A stretch of 64,000 nucleotides of DNA from Octopus vulgaris (GCA_951406725.2 OX597840.1:31620001-31684000); one strand, 5' to 3'; positions 40,301 to 56,047 are shown, counted from the stretch's first letter. A program made the numbers and translations. Notes: generated by a model from the sequence alone, not told the origin.

Positions 40301-40910
40301 GATGTGCAAAGGTTTAAGATGTTTCCATTATTTTGTCCAACCCCTGTATATGCGTATGTAGGAATGTATACATACATACATACATGCATACATACATGCA
40401 TGCATACATACATACCTACATACATACATACATACATACATACATACATACATGCATGCATACATACATGCATGCATACATACATGCATGCATACATACA
40501 TACATACATACATACATACATACATGCATGCATACATACATACATACATGCATATATACACGCATACACACATACATACATACATACATACATACATACA
40601 CACACATACATACATACATACATACATGCATACATGCATGCATACATACATGCATGCATACATACACCCATACATACATACATACATACATACATACATA
40701 CATACATACATACATACATTCATTCATATATACATACATACATACATACATACATACATACATACATACATACATACATACATACATTCATATATACATA
40801 CATACATACATACATACATACATACATACATACATACATGATGTGCAAAGGTTTAAGATGTTTCCATTATTTTGTCCAACCCCTGTATATGCGTATGTAG
40901 GAATGTATAT
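40301..40910. repeat. About 70-bp segment with a Tc1-like TIR end, duplicated around a (CATA)n block
   Basis: GATGTGCAAAGG...TTTTGTCCAACCCCTGTA at 40301 and 40840; reverse complement TA-CAGGGGTTGGACAAAATAATGGAAAC resembles Tc1 termini. Confidence 0.7.
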
Positions 40911-41124
40911 TTACATGATTGTATGGTTCCGTGACTTTATAAAATGAAAAGTAACATAGTAAGGGTGTATTTACGAACGAGAGATCGTATTCCGAGTATG
41001 AGATTCTTTTTCCGATCATTTTCACATTTACTAAGTTAATTACAAGAATGGTACTCCTATGCAGAGAAAAACAAACATTTGTATGTTTATGTATATATAA
41101 CTGAGTATGTATACATACCCGTGT

Positions 41125-42200
41125 GTATGTACATACATGCATACATACATACATACATGCATGCATACATACATACATGCATACATACATGCATACATAC
41201 ATACATACATACATACATACATACATACATACATACATACATGCATACATACATACATACATACATACATGCATACATACATATATGCATACATACATAC
41301 ATACATACATGCATGCATACATACATACATGCATACATACATACATGCATACATACATGCATACATACATACATACATACATACATACATACATACATGC
41401 ATGCATACATACATACATACATGCATACATACATGCATACATACATACATACATACATACATACACACATACATACATACATACATACATACATACATAC
41501 ATACATACATACATACATGCATGCATACATACATACATGCATACATACATACATGCATACATACATACATACATGCATACATACATGCATACATACATAC
41601 ATACATGCATACATACATACATACATACATACATACATACATACATGCATACATACATACATACATACATGCATACATACATGCATGCATACATACATAC
41701 ATACATACATGCATACATACATACATACATACATACATACATGCATACATACACACATGCATACATACATACATGCATACATACATACATACATACATGC
41801 ATACATGCATGCATACATACATGCATACATACATACATACATACATGCATACATACATACATGCATACATACATACATACATACATGCATACATGCATGC
41901 ATACATACATGCATACATACATACATACATACATACATACATACATACATGCATACATACACACATACATACATACATACATACATACATACATGCATAC
42001 ATACACACATACATACATGCATGCATACATACATACATACATACATACATGCATACATACATACATACATACATACATACATACATACATACATGCATAC
42101 ATACATACATACATACATACATGCATACATACATACATGCATACATACACACATACATGCATACATACATACATACATACATACATACATACATACATAC
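41125..42200. repeat. (CATA)n/(CATG) tetranucleotide array, about 1.1 kb
   Basis: Direct reading. Confidence 0.95.
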
Positions 42201-42539
42201 AAGCAATGCGACCCGGCGTTGCCCGGCTGTTCTGACCTAAAGTCATAACTACAGCATGAAGCGAACAACTCTTCTTTAGAAACATGTTTCTCGGTGATTT
42301 TCTGATGAACAACGCTGCAGTTTCCGTCTACCAAATTCAGTCACAAATCTATGGTTGGCCTAGGGCTATAGTAGAAGACACTTTCCCAAGGTGCCATGGA
42401 GAGGGACTGAACGTGGAACCATGTGGTTGGGAAGCAAACTTCTCAACCACACAGTCATTCTTGCATCTAATATGTTGTGTGTGTGTTTACTTTTGTTGTT
42501 AAATCGAAAATTGTATCCCACTATGTCTCAAAGTTAGCA

Positions 42540-42927
<388 letters not shown>

Positions 42928-44410
42928 GTTTAACGTCCGCTTTCCATGCTAGCATGGGTTGGATGATTTGACTGAGGACTAGCGAACCAGATGGCTGCAC
43001 CAGGTTCCAATCTTGATCTGGCAGAGTTTCTACAGCTGGATGCCCTTCCTAACCCCAACCACACCCGAGAGTGTAGTGGGTGCTTTTACGTGTCACCGGC
43101 ACGAGGGCCAGTCAGGCGGTACTGGCAACGGCCACGCTCAAATGGTGTTTTTTACGTGCCACCAGCGGCACTCCCAACGAGCTCCCTCGAATGTTGATTT
43201 TCCCGTGCCACCGGAGCAAGTGCCAGTGAGGCGACGCTGGTAACGATCACGCTCAAATGGTGCCTTTTACGTGCCACCTGCACGGAAGCCAGTCAGCTGC
43301 TCTGGCAACGATTACGCTCGGATGGTGCTCTTAGCGCTCCACTGGCACGGATGCAAGTCATCGAATTTGATTTCGATTTCGATTTCACTTGCCTCGACAG
43401 GTCTTCGGAAGTAGAGTTTGGTGTCCAATGAAGGAAAGGTACGCATAATTGGGATGGTTACACCCTTGGCATAGGCCACGGGTTATGGTCTCACTTGGTT
43501 TGCCGGGTCTTCTCAAGCACAGCATATTTACAAAGGTTTCGGTCACTAGTCATTGCCTCGGTGAGGCCTAATGTTCGAAGGTCGTGCTTCACCACCTCTT
43601 CAACAGGTTCCCTCAATCGCAGCACTTTTTCACACAGCTATCCTCATCTATCCTCGCCACATGATCATACCAGCACAGTCATCTCTCTTGCACACCACAT
43701 CTAATGCTTTTTAGCTCCAACGTTTCTCTGATGGTACTTACACTCTGTCGAGTATGCACACTGACATTACACATCCATCGGAGCATACTGGCTTCATTCC
43801 TTGCGAGCTTACGCATATCTTCAGCAGTCATGGCCCATGTTTCACTGCCATATGGCATGGCTGTTCGTACACTTGCGTCATACAGTCTACCTTTTACTCT
43901 GAGCGAGAAGCCCTTTGTCACAAGCAGAGGTAAGAGCTCTCTGAACTTTGTTCAGGTTATTCTTATTCTAGCAGCTACACTTTCAGAGCACCCATCCCCG
44001 CTACTGAATTGGTCACCTAGTTAAGGGAGGCTATCAACTACTTATAGTTTTTCTCCCTGGAATGTGGCGGAAATTGTTCTCTGCACATTATTGCTCCTGA
44101 GCATCTGCCACATAGAAAATCTTCCCAGTTAGCGTGCCTTTGATATTGCTGCAACTCTTATGTGTCCATAGCTTACACTGGGTGTGCATCTTATAGAGTT
44201 TCTACCTGCGCCTTTTCTACAGATCAAGCAGGGCCATCTACCTGAAGGTATTTGTGGTTTGTTTGCATTCCTACTTATTAGAACTTTGGTTTTAGCTAGG
44301 TTGACTCTAAGGCCCTTCGATTCTAATCCTTGTTTCTAAACCTGAAACTTGTCCTCTAGTTCTGACAGTGACTCAGCAATTAGAGCAAGGTCGTCAGCAT
44401 AGAGCATGGT
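42928..44410 (-). pseudogene. RTE-clade LINE 3' fragment (RT catalytic motif to 3' UTR)
   Basis: LYADDLALIAES near 44370-44405; GLRVNLAKTKVL; ORF 43679-43921 KGRLYDASVRTAMPYGSETWAM...EASMLRWMC; degenerate 75-80 bp repeats in the 3' UTR. Confidence 0.88.
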
Positions 44411-44520
44411 TGTATGTTAAAAGGGATGTTTCCGAGTTCAGTCTAAATAACAGCTTGGGCAAATGTATATATTCCAGCCATAAACAGCGCGTATTTTGTA
44501 TGTATGTTACTACATTTCCG

Positions 44521-44897
44521 TGGAGGCGCAATGGCCCAGTGGTTAGGGCAGCGGACTCGCGGTCATAGGATCGCGGTTTCGATTCCCAGACTTGGCGTTG
44601 TGAGTGTTTATTGAGCGAAAACACCTAAAAAGCTCCACGAGGCTCAGGTAGGGGATGGTGGTGATCCCTGCTGTACTCTTTCACCACAACTTTCTCTCAC
44701 TCTTACTTCCTGTTTCTGTTGTACCTGTATTTCAAAGGGCCGGCCTTGTCACTCTCTGTGTCACGCTGAATATCCCCGAGAACTACACTAAGGGTACACG
44801 TGTCTGTGGAGTGCTCAGCCACTTACACGTTAATTTCACGAGCAGGCTGTTCCGTTGATTCGGATCAACCGGAACCCTCATCGTCGTAACCGACGGA
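44521..44897 (+). mobile_element. SINE family C, near full length
   Basis: Family C sequence. Confidence 0.9.
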
Positions 44898-45473
44898 TTA
44901 CCTCAATCCAACTACATATCCAATATATCCACTCATTTTTGCTAAGGGAAGATTCGTAGCTTTGTGGAGGATAAGTTGAGCTCGCGATGGTACAGTTGTC
45001 GGTTCGATTCCTGGACGAGGTGGCTTGCTTTGTCCTTGAGCAAGGCCCCTCATTTTGCTTTGCTCCAGTTTACTCAAGTACAAATAACCAAGTAGCAGGC
45101 CAGTATTATTGTATGCTGCAGTTTCCTATCCCACCAGATATTACATCACATCCTCGGTGTATATCTTGGTCAAAGGATGAAAAAAAAACCGGAGGATTAT
45201 GACTGTCCGTAACTACATTTATTTTCCTTGGACCCGAAGGCTCATAAAGTCAGTTGCCCGGTTTCCTTGATGTTTCAATGACCGTGATCACAATACTGCC
45301 CTTAAAATAGACGCCGGACTGTTGCAGAATTCAAGTCCAGTAATTTTTGTGGAGAGGGAACGAGTCGATTACATCATCTCCAGTAATTGCCAGAGAATAA
45401 TGGCAAAGCTGAGCTCACAGCGTAGAAATCCAAATGAAATGCCACAAGGCATTTGGTTCGAAGTACGAACAAT

Positions 45474-46083
45474 TATTATTTCTTCATTGCCCACAAGGGG
45501 CTAAACATAGAGGAGACAAATAAGGATAGACAAAGGGATTAAGTCGATTACATCGACCCCAGTGCGTAACTGGTACTTATTTAATCGACCCCGAAAGGAT
45601 GAAAGGCAAAGTCGATCTCGACGGAATTTGAACTTAGAACGAAGCGGCAGACGAATTAACTATTTCTTTACTACCCACAAGGGGCAAAAAAACAGAGAGG
45701 ACAAACAAGGATAGACAGAGGGATTAAGTCGATTACATCAACCCCAGTGCGTAACTGGTACTTATTTAATCGACCCCGAAAGGATGAAAGGCAAAGTCGA
45801 TCTCGACGGAATTTGAACTCAGAACGAAGCGGCAGACGAAATTTCTTTACTACCCAGAAGGGGTTAAACATAGAGTGGGCAAAGAAGGACAGACAAACGG
45901 ATTAAGTCGATTATATCGACACCAGTGCGTAACTGGTACTTATTTAATCGACCCCGAAAGGATGAATGGCAAAGTCGACCTCAGCGGAATATGAACTGAG
46001 AACATAAAGACAGACGAAATACCGCTAAGAATTTCGCTCGGTTTCTGCTAACGTTTCTGCTAACGTTTCTGCCAGCTCGCCGC
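45474..46083 (-). mobile_element. SINE family B trimer
   Basis: Three units; terminal unit GGGCAATGAAGAAATAA; TSD-like AATTGTTCGTA(C/A)(T/C)TCGAA. Confidence 0.88.
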
Positions 46084-46554
46084 ATTCGAGTTACGAACAA
46101 TTCTGCTTACTATCAAGAATAAGAAAGACGAGTGGGCATTCATGTCTACAGCTGACTACATAGACTGTTATAAATATCAGCAAACGTTTGGTCTTACTAC
46201 CAAGTCTTGTGATGTGACGGCTAAGCAAAGTATGCACCATTTCATGAAGATGTTTTGCCGCAGAACTTAACGGAGTTCACCGTAGAAGCGAAGAGCTCTC
46301 ATTGCTAAAATCTTCAATGACTGCGCTTTACGACGTGGCGCGTATGATGGCTAAATATGAGGTTTACAAAACAGGTGCATTTTGTCTGTTTAGTATAACA
46401 CACAGGATAGGATAACAGACTGGATTTATCTTGTTGAAGTGTTGAAGTGTTGTGATATTTAGCATTTAAAATAGTTCCCTAACATTGGCACAAGGCCGAA
46501 ACGCTAATATATCAGAAAGAGGGTAACGTCCTCTTATAGTAAAATAAATAACTT

Positions 46555-46557
<3 letters not shown>

Positions 46558-46601
<44 letters not shown>

Positions 46602-46788
46602 GTTTGTGTGTGTGTATGTATGTATGCATGTATATATATATGCACAGTGTGTGTGTTTGTATGTATATTTATTTATATATATATATACAAATATACATGT
46701 ATATGAATGTGTGTGCATATACAGGGATATATACATACACACACATACACATATATATGTAACCATCAGTTTATATGTCTGTATGTTG

Positions 46789-46847
<59 letters not shown>

Positions 46848-46932
46848 GAATATATATTGGAGATATGTTTTTTATACATATAAATGCACTTATTTCCACA
46901 CACACATACACACATACACACACGTACATAGA

Positions 46933-46972
<40 letters not shown>

Positions 46973-47057
46973 TATGTATACTTGTACGAATACGCTTGTA
47001 TATGTGTCTCAATATGTTTACACACAAACACACACACACACACACATACACATACAC

Positions 47058-47100
<43 letters not shown>

Positions 47101-47142
47101 CACATGTGTATATATATATATATATATATACACATACGCATA

Positions 47143-47183
<41 letters not shown>

Positions 47184-47345
47184 TAAAATGTAACTGTTGA
47201 TAAGGGGTTGAAAGAAACGCACGCATCATATAAATACGTACACGCACACACACACAAACTCAGATACACATCCGCACAACGCTTACACATATACCAACAT
47301 TCAACAACATATATCCAAACGTAAAATATATATATATATATATAC

Positions 47346-47396
<51 letters not shown>

Positions 47397-47571
47397 TAAG
47401 AAAAAACCAAAATCAACAACAACAACAACAAAAATAACCAAACTACATAAATTGTAGAGCGTCGCTGTGCGTTCCGTTGCATTGTTTACGGAAAGGTCAG
47501 CGAAAACGCTGCGATAATTGCAGATTTAAAAAAAAAACAAAAAAAAAACAACACCAACTACTACTACTACG

Positions 47572-47611
<40 letters not shown>

Positions 47612-47728
47612 GTACCACCACTGCTACTACTACTGCTACTAATAATAATAATAATAATGATGATGATGATGATGATGATGATGATAATAATAATAATGAT
47701 AATAATAATAATGATGATGATGATGATG

Positions 47729-47771
<43 letters not shown>

Positions 47772-47805
47772 GAACGATAATAATAATAATAATAAAAATA
47801 ATAAA

Positions 47806-47868
<63 letters not shown>

Positions 47869-47893
47869 GATGATAATAATAATAATAATAATA

Positions 47894-47936
<43 letters not shown>

Positions 47937-47971
47937 TAATAATAATAATAATGATAATAATAATAATAATG

Positions 47972-48002
<31 letters not shown>

Positions 48003-48004
48003 TG

Positions 48005-48099
<95 letters not shown>

Positions 48100-48470
48100 T
48101 ACAGCTGTTGTTGTTGCTGCTGTTAGTGTTGCATCGCGTACAACGAGTATGAATTTAAGGATAAAAAATATATAACAACAACGATGAAAGTAAAAAAAAT
48201 AAATAATATATAAAATTAAAAAAATACGCGAAGTCAGATGTAGAAAAAGAAGAAGAAAAAGGAAGAAGAAAAAATATTAAGAAAAAAACCCATGTATCAG
48301 ATAAGAAAAAAATAAAGTAAAGAAGTAAAGAAGTAAATTTCCCTCCCCAAAAAAAGAAAGATGGCGGATAGGTTAGCGATAAATAAGTTTCTATGAGAAG
48401 GCTTTGACATCGATTTAGAACTACGAACGTATAAAAACACAAACATACATACATACATACACACACATAT

Positions 48471-48549
<79 letters not shown>

Positions 48550-48749
48550 CATATATATAAAGATATATATATGCACATATACATATACGTACATATATAC
48601 ATACATTCATATGCTCCAATATATATTTATATACACGCGCATACATGCATACACACTCATACACACACACATATATATATATATGTATGATTTACATATA
48701 TATATATATGTAAATATAAATATATATATATAAGTATATATTTATATAA

Positions 48750-48796
<47 letters not shown>

Positions 48797-48982
48797 TTTA
48801 TATATATATATACATACATATATACATACCTTCATATGCACATATATATTCATATACACGCACATATATGCATACACACTCCTACAGACACACACATATA
48901 TGCATGATTTACATATGTAAATATATATACGTAAATATAAGTATATATATATATGTATATATATATGAGTATATATATATGA

Positions 48983-49059
<77 letters not shown>

Positions 49060-50050
49060 CATACATATATATCTATATGTATATGGATGTAGGTATAAAA
49101 ATGTAAGTAGTGATAAGCAAATAAAGAATTCATTTGGAAAATATCTCGAGTTACAAAGTAAGCAGATAGAGTTAATAACGGATGACAGTTCTTGGTGCAG
49201 GAGAGCAGCATCAGAAGGAAACGGCGGACACGGAATGGCAAAGGGTTACAGGACACAGCTACGCATGTGTGTATGCATGTATGTATGTATGTATGTATGT
49301 GTGTATGTATGTATGTATATATGTATGTATGTATGTATGTATGCATGTGTGTGTGTATGTATGTATGTATGTATACAGTTGTGTATGTATGTATGTATGT
49401 ATGCGTGTATGTATGTATGTATGTATGCATGTATGTGTGTATGTATGTATGCACGTATGTATGTATGTATGTATGTATGTATGTGTGTGTATGCATGTAT
49501 GCATGTATGTGTGTATGTATGTATGTATTTATGTATGTATGCATGTGTGTATGTATGTATGCATGTATGTATGTATGTATGTATACGTGTATGCATGTGT
49601 GTTTGTATGTATGTATCTATACAGTTGTGTATGTATGTATGTATGTATGTATGTATGTATGTATGTATGCATGTATGTATGTATGTATGTATGTATGTAT
49701 GTATGCATGTGTGTATGTATGTATGTATGTATACAGTTGTGTATGTATGTATGTATGTATGTACGCATGTTTGTATGTATGTATGTATGTATGTATGCAT
49801 GTATGTATGTATGTATGTATGTATGTATGTATATGCATACATGCATATATATATGTTGGCATGGATGTATGCATCCTTGCATATAGGGATGTATGCATGT
49901 ATGAATGGCTGTATATGTATATATTTATGTATGAATGTAATTTATGTATGCTTGTGTGTATGTATGGATTTATGCATGTATGTATGTAAGCATGTATACA
50001 TGTATATATGTATGTATGCCAGTATATATATGTATGCATATATTTATGTA
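46558..50050. repeat. Microsatellite field: (TA)/(CA), (CTA)/(ATA)/(ATG) at 47558-48100, (TATG)n at 49262-50050
   Basis: Direct reading. Confidence 0.9.
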
Positions 50051-50228
50051 TGGAAGTTTGTTGCTAGGTAGAAAGGTATACACGTTCTTTTTTCTTTTAT
50101 TCTTTTACTTGTTTCAGTTATTTGAGTGTGGCCATGCTGGAGCACCGCCTTTAGCCGAGCAAATAAACCCCGGGACTTATTCTTTGTAAGTCTAATACTT
50201 ATTCTATCGGTGTCTTTTGGCGAACCGC

Positions 50229-50462
50229 TATATTTCTTTATTACCCACAAGTGCCTAAACACAGAGGAGACAAACAAGGACAGACAAACGGCTTAAGTCT
50301 ATTACATCGACCCCAGTGCGTAACTGGTACTTATTTAATCGAGCCCGAAAGGATGAATGGCAAAGTCGACCTCGGCGGAACTTGAACTCAGAACGTAACG
50401 GCAAACGAAATACGGCTACGCATTTCGCCCGGCGTGCTAACGATTCTGCCAGCTCGCTGCCT
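50229..50462 (-). mobile_element. SINE B monomer lying within a partly deleted SINE A (50095-50490)
   Basis: Family B sequence flanked by family A 3' and 5' pieces. Confidence 0.85.
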
Positions 50463-50676
50463 TCTTACTACACAGCCACACCGGCGCCTACATTTTTATC
50501 AATAGTAACTCAAGACCGAGAGTTTCGTTCTTTAGCACTTATTAAACTAATTTGATAGGTGCTAACGTACGAAACGTATACTAGGATGTAAATGCACAAT
50601 TATGTATTATGTTATATTTTTGCTGTTCGCATTGCCAAAACTCTATATGTATGTACAAGAGGATAATCAATAGAAA

Positions 50677-51441
50677 GAGTGAGAGAAAGTTGTGGTGAAA
50701 GAGTACAGCAGGGATCACCACCATCCCCTGTCGGAGCCTCGTGGAGCTTTAGGTGTTTTCGCTCAATATGGAAGCACTCTGTCGGTTACGACGATGAGGG
50801 TTCCGGTTGATCCGAATCAACGGAACAGCCTGCTCGTGAAATTAACGTGTAAGTGGCTGAGTACTCCACAGACACGTGTACCCTTAACGTAGTTCTCGGG
50901 GATATTCAGCGTGACACAGAGAGTGACAAGGCCGGCCCCTTGAAATACAGGTACAACAGAAACAGGAAGTAAGAGTGAGAGAAGGTTGTGGTGAAAGAGT
51001 ACAGCAGGGATCACCACCATCCCCTGCTGGAGCCTCGTGGAGCTTTAGGTGTTTTCGCTCAATATGGAAGCACTCTGTTGGTTACGACGATGAGGGTTCC
51101 GGTTGATCCGAATCAACGGAACAGCCTGCTCGTGAAATTAACGTGTAAGTAGCTGAGCACGCCACAGACACGTGTACCCTTAACGTAGTTCTCGGGGATA
51201 TTCAGCGTGACACAGAAAGTGACAAGGCCGGCCCTTTGAAATACAGTTTCAACAGAAACAGGAAGTAAGAGTGAGAGAAAGAGTGGTGAAAGAGTACAGC
51301 AGGGATCACCACCATCCCCTGCCGGTGCCTCGTGGAGCTTTTTATGTGTTTTCGCTCAATAAACACTCACAACACCCGGTCTGGGAATCGAAACCGCGAT
51401 CCTATGACCGCGAGTCCGCTGCCCTAACCACTGGGCCTCCA
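50677..51441 (-). mobile_element. SINE family C multimer (head plus about 2.3 bodies)
   Basis: Junction CGCTCAATA|TGGAAGCAC at 50768 and 51064, period 296. Confidence 0.92.
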
Positions 51442-51444
51442 CTC

Positions 51445-52400
51445 TGCCAAAGTATTCTACATTTGATACAATTCTAGGCTCAGGTGCGTTGTCCACAGTT
51501 GGAAATAGTCCTGGAACTCTTGCGAAGAGATGCCTTTTAACGTCTCCGTTAACTTTTCTTTTTCTTCACCTCTTCAACCTCTGCCAATTTCATAGCATCA
51601 GCTTTCGTCACCGGTGATGACCTTCGACAGTGGAGATTTGAACATTCAATCTTTATATTGAATGGTTGTATACTGTCAATCTAACAAGAACGTGACAGTA
51701 GGGGGTACACCACCGCTGTATAGCCCTAGGAAGCATCGAACGCCTCCTGATAGCTTTGGCACATTTTTTCCCTGTGTCCTTATATACATATACGAAGGAC
51801 ACAGGGAAAAATGTGTCAAAGCTATCAGGAGGCGTTCGATGCTTCCTAGGGCTATACAGCGGTGGTGTACCCCCTACTGTCACGTTCTTGTTAGATTGAC
51901 AGTATACAACCATTCTATCGCCCCACCACCGTACATGTCTCTACGAGAGATTTAGAAATTCAATATTTCTTAACCTTTATATTTATTTCCAGTTTGTTTA
52001 TTCATAATAACTGTCCGATACGTGATTCGATCGCACTAACTGCATATTTATATGCAGGGATTTATGCAATGTTAGTACGATCTCTTCAGGACATATAAGT
52101 ATGACATTGCTCGAAGAGGAATTTTCCTCCGGTAATAGTTTCAATTAGGCTTGGTAGTAGAAGCCAACCATGACATTCTTCGATGAAATGTTTTGCTGAG
52201 CTTTCATTCGTGATTGCTTTTGGTCATTCGTGAGCCAGTGAGACGCAAATTCTGCTACATTTCTTTTCATTCAAAAGTCCTCGCTCAAAATTCGTTGGTA
52301 GGAACTCCAGGACAGACCAGTCATATCAACAAGTTCGTCAATTGTTCGGTGATGGCCCTCCGAGACCATTTCATAAATGTTCATGTTTTTATTCGTTCTT
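51445..52400 (-). pseudogene. Internally deleted mariner transposase remnant, interrupted by a fold-back element
   Basis: HRTIDELVDMTGLSWSSYQRILSEDF (HTH, 52271-52400); LSKVITGDES*CY (first catalytic D, about 51590-51635); EVEEVKK...LKGISSQEFQDYFQLW C-terminus. Confidence 0.8.
51660..51972 (+). mobile_element. Fold-back element, copy 2: about 255-bp near-perfect palindrome plus 57-bp one-sided tail
   Basis: Arms 51660-51781 and 51795-51915; TSD AA(T/C)CTTTATATT at 51648-51659 and 51972-51983. Confidence 0.88.
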
Positions 52401-52408
52401 GAAATCTT

Positions 52409-52447
<39 letters not shown>

Positions 52448-53370
52448 AAACTTTATATGTAAAGAACGTGAAATACACGAAGTGACGAACACGGAAAACA
52501 GACAGTCATTCAGAGCCTTCATTCTTCAGTCAGAAACCGATTCATCATGGCAAATCTTGGCTGTTTAATTCTGAGATTTGCTCCAAAACGGCCAGCCCCA
52601 AGGAAAAGCTAAGCTATGGGCATTAGATTTGCTTGGTAGAAGGAAAGAATGTGACAACAGAGACGAATAGGAAAACAAGAGACGAAGATAAAATTGGAAA
52701 CAGTAACGAATAAAAACAGGAATGATACGGGGGCGTCTTACGACTTTGAGACAAAATGAGACAAAAACAATTGATCAGCAAGCGTGGGAAGCGGGTACCT
52801 TTTCGGTAGAGGTGACACGTGTAGAACAGGCGGCTGTCGCCAACGGAATGGCTTAGGAGCAGCAGGTTGCAAGAAGGTGTGAGAGAGAGAGAGAGAGAGA
52901 GAGAGGAGATTAAGGAGGGCAGAGAACAGAAGCAATGAACAAGAGAGAGAGAAAGAAAGAATTAAAGAGGCTGGGAAGAAGAGGCGCCAAAATAACTTGG
53001 TAAAGAAGCGCCAAAATACCTTGGTGAAGAAGCAATGGCGGATGGGAAATGAACGTACGGATAAATATATGTATGTATATATATACGTGCCTACTTGCAT
53101 ATATACAAATTTTCGTACGTTTATTTATACCTTATAAACGAATATTCCATTCTTTTATCAACTATAAACTTAACTTATTTATATCTAATCTTCCTCTATC
53201 ATCTCTATTTAATTTATTAATTTATTGTACTAATTCTATGTACCTACTCTATCTTATCTCCATTCAAACTCTAAAACCCTCACCCGAGCATATAACAATA
53301 CCAGTCATAAACCATATCATTCAGTCGGCTATAATGAATCAAGAAACTCATATAAAACATCCAAGGGCGT

Positions 53371-53467
53371 ATCTTTTTCCCTCTGAAGATGTGATTGTCA
53401 GGTCATATAAATTTAACATTTACTTAATATTTACTTAGTATTAATTGAAACAGTTGTAAGGTAAGAT
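53371..53467 (+). ncRNA. Hammerhead ribozyme-like motif with enlarged stem II (PLE type)
   Basis: ATCTT..CCT-CTGAAGA-(57 nt)-GAAA-C-AGTT-G-TA-AGG.AAGAT; helix I CCT/AGG extended by ATCTT/AAGAT. Confidence 0.55.
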
Positions 53468-53474
53468 GTTTAAT

Positions 53475-53702
53475 TTACTCTTTACTCTTTTACTCTTTTA
53501 CTTGTTTCAGTCATTTGACTGCGGCCATGCTGGAGCACCGCTTTTAATCGAGCAACTCGACCCCAGGACTTATTCTTTTGTAAGCCCAGTACTTATTCTA
53601 TCGGTCTCTTTTGCCGAACCGCTAAGTAACGGGGACATAAACACACCAGCATCGGTTGTCAAGCAATGCTACGGGACAAACACAGACACACAAACACACA
53701 CA

Positions 53703-53760
<58 letters not shown>

Positions 53761-53926
53761 TACGACAGGCTTCTTTCAGTTTCCATCTACGAAATCCACT
53801 CACAAGGCTTTCGTCGGCCCGAGGCTATAGTAGAGGACACTCGCCCAAGGTGCCACGCAGTGGGACTGAACCCGGAACCATGTGGTTGGTAAGCAAGCTA
53901 CTTACCACACAGCCACTCCTGCGCCT
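53475..53926 (-). mobile_element. SINE family A, full length
   Basis: Reverse complement of family A. Confidence 0.9.
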
Positions 53927-54014
53927 ATTTGCTGTTAATACTAAACAATTATTAACTTAACAATCCCCATTTTCTTTTTCTTCTCTTATATATACATATA
54001 CATACATACATACA

Positions 54015-54067
<53 letters not shown>

Positions 54068-54699
54068 CATGTATGCATGTATGTATGTATGTATGTATGT
54101 ATGTATGTATGTATGTGTATTTTAGTTATATTTCGAGATGGTCACTTAAGAAAAGTGCTTTTCGTGGCTGGAGTCGTTTTTGACTCTTGTTTCTAGCAGT
54201 GCTGGTACTATTTCCTATCCTTGTTTATAAATTAGCCCTTAAGTTTTAATTGCTAATGGACCACCCTCATTATTTATATTATACCCGTTTATCGTTTTGA
54301 AATTGGGCACGCTTTCAACGGTTTTGCTGACGAGTTGACGATGCGAGTTATACTTAACCCTAGGCGCGCAGTAAGATCCACTAACGAGAACTGAGATGCA
54401 AGGCAAACGGGCTCGAAATCATGAGATATAGATGTATCTGCTCCTTCACATTTGAGTCTGTATCACTGTGGTACATAGCTTTCTCGCTTCCTCTTTTTCG
54501 TCAACTTATTAAAGATAAGTGCTTCTTGTGGCTAATTGAGTAGTTTTTGACTTTTGGTTCTAGCAATGCTGGTACTATTTTGTACCCTTGTTTATATACA
54601 TACATACATATATAATAATAATAATATTAGGGAGTATAACTCCAAACTTACTTGTTTGAATTAGATAATAGTGGTCTTTCTCTAATTTATATATATATA

Positions 54700-54864
54700 G
54701 ACGCAGGAGTGGCTGTGTGGTAAGTAGCTTGCTAACCAACCACATGGTTCCGGGTTCAGTCCCACTGCGTGGCATCTTGGGCAAGTGTCTTCTGCTATAG
54801 CCCCGGATCGACCAATGCCTTGTGAATGGATTTGGTAGACGGAAACTGAAAGAAGCCTGTCGTA

Positions 54865-54931
<67 letters not shown>

Positions 54932-55139
54932 TTGTGTGTCTGTGTTTGTCCCCCTAGCATTGCTTGACAACCGATGCTGGTGTGTTTACGTCCCCGTAAC
55001 TTAGCGGTTCGGCAAAAGAGACCGATAGAATAAGTACTGGGCTTACAAAGAATAGGTCCCGGGGTCGATTTGCTCGACTAAAGGCGGTGCTCCAGCATGG
55101 CCGCAGTCAAATGACTGAAACAAGTAAAAGAGTAAAAGA

Positions 55140-55142
<3 letters not shown>
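54700..55142 (+). mobile_element. SINE family A, full length
   Basis: Family A sequence with (GTAAAAGA)2 tail. Confidence 0.92.
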
Positions 55143-55177
<35 letters not shown>

Positions 55178-55432
55178 GCGGAGTAGACGAAACAGGGACA
55201 ACTGAAGAAGGGGAATATTCCTTGTGTTGTCTGTCTTGTTCTCTGTTCGTTGTTTGAAAAAAAAAAAAGTTCGTTTCAATGTTTTTGTTTTTATGTTTTC
55301 CATTCTCATTGTGTTTTTTTTTGTTGTTGTCCTGTACACATATATGCATGTATATATACATATAGATGTAGGTATATACATATATTTATATATCATTTAT
55401 ATTATTATTAGTATTATACATATATATGTATG

Positions 55433-55524
<92 letters not shown>

Positions 55525-55644
55525 AGGTCATAAACGACAGAGAAATTTCGCTTAAATTGTAGCCGCACCCAATACCAAACAAATTGCAAAAGCACGCAAC
55601 AATAACATTAATAATATAATAACATTATGAAAACGAAATGTATG

Positions 55645-55708
<64 letters not shown>

Positions 55709-55775
55709 CAATTTTTTAAATGAGATTAAGATGATTAAACTGAATTCTATTAAAATCACAACTATTCTTAGTGTA

Positions 55776-56047
55776 TAAGAAATACTAAATTTTTAAATCT
55801 CTCGTAGAGACATGTACGGTGGTGGGGCGATAGAATGGTTGTATACTGTCAATCTAACACGAACGTGACAGTAGCGGGGGGGGTACACCATCGCTGTATA
55901 GCCCTAGGAAGCATCGACGCCTCCTGATGGCAGGGGAAAATGTGTCAAAGCCATCAGGAGGCATCGATGCTTCCTAGGGCTATACAGCGGTGGTGTACCC
56001 CCCTACTGTCACGTTCGTGTTAGATTGACAGTATACAACCATTCTAT
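55776..56047 (-). mobile_element. Fold-back element, copy 3
   Basis: Tail 55776-55829, inverted arms spanning 55830-56047; 12-bp TSD CTATTCTTAGTG at 55762-55773 and 56044-56055. Confidence 0.88.

Noticed and set aside
42199-42232. Helitron-like 3' hairpin CCCGGCGTTGCCCGG
   Set aside because: Isolated short piece with a non-canonical terminus and no identifiable 5' end
51660-51915. Palindromes as classical MITEs or miRNA precursors
   Set aside because: Asymmetric tail, about 12-bp TSDs and variable apex fit retro-derived fold-backs better; arms are too long and perfect for a typical pre-miRNA
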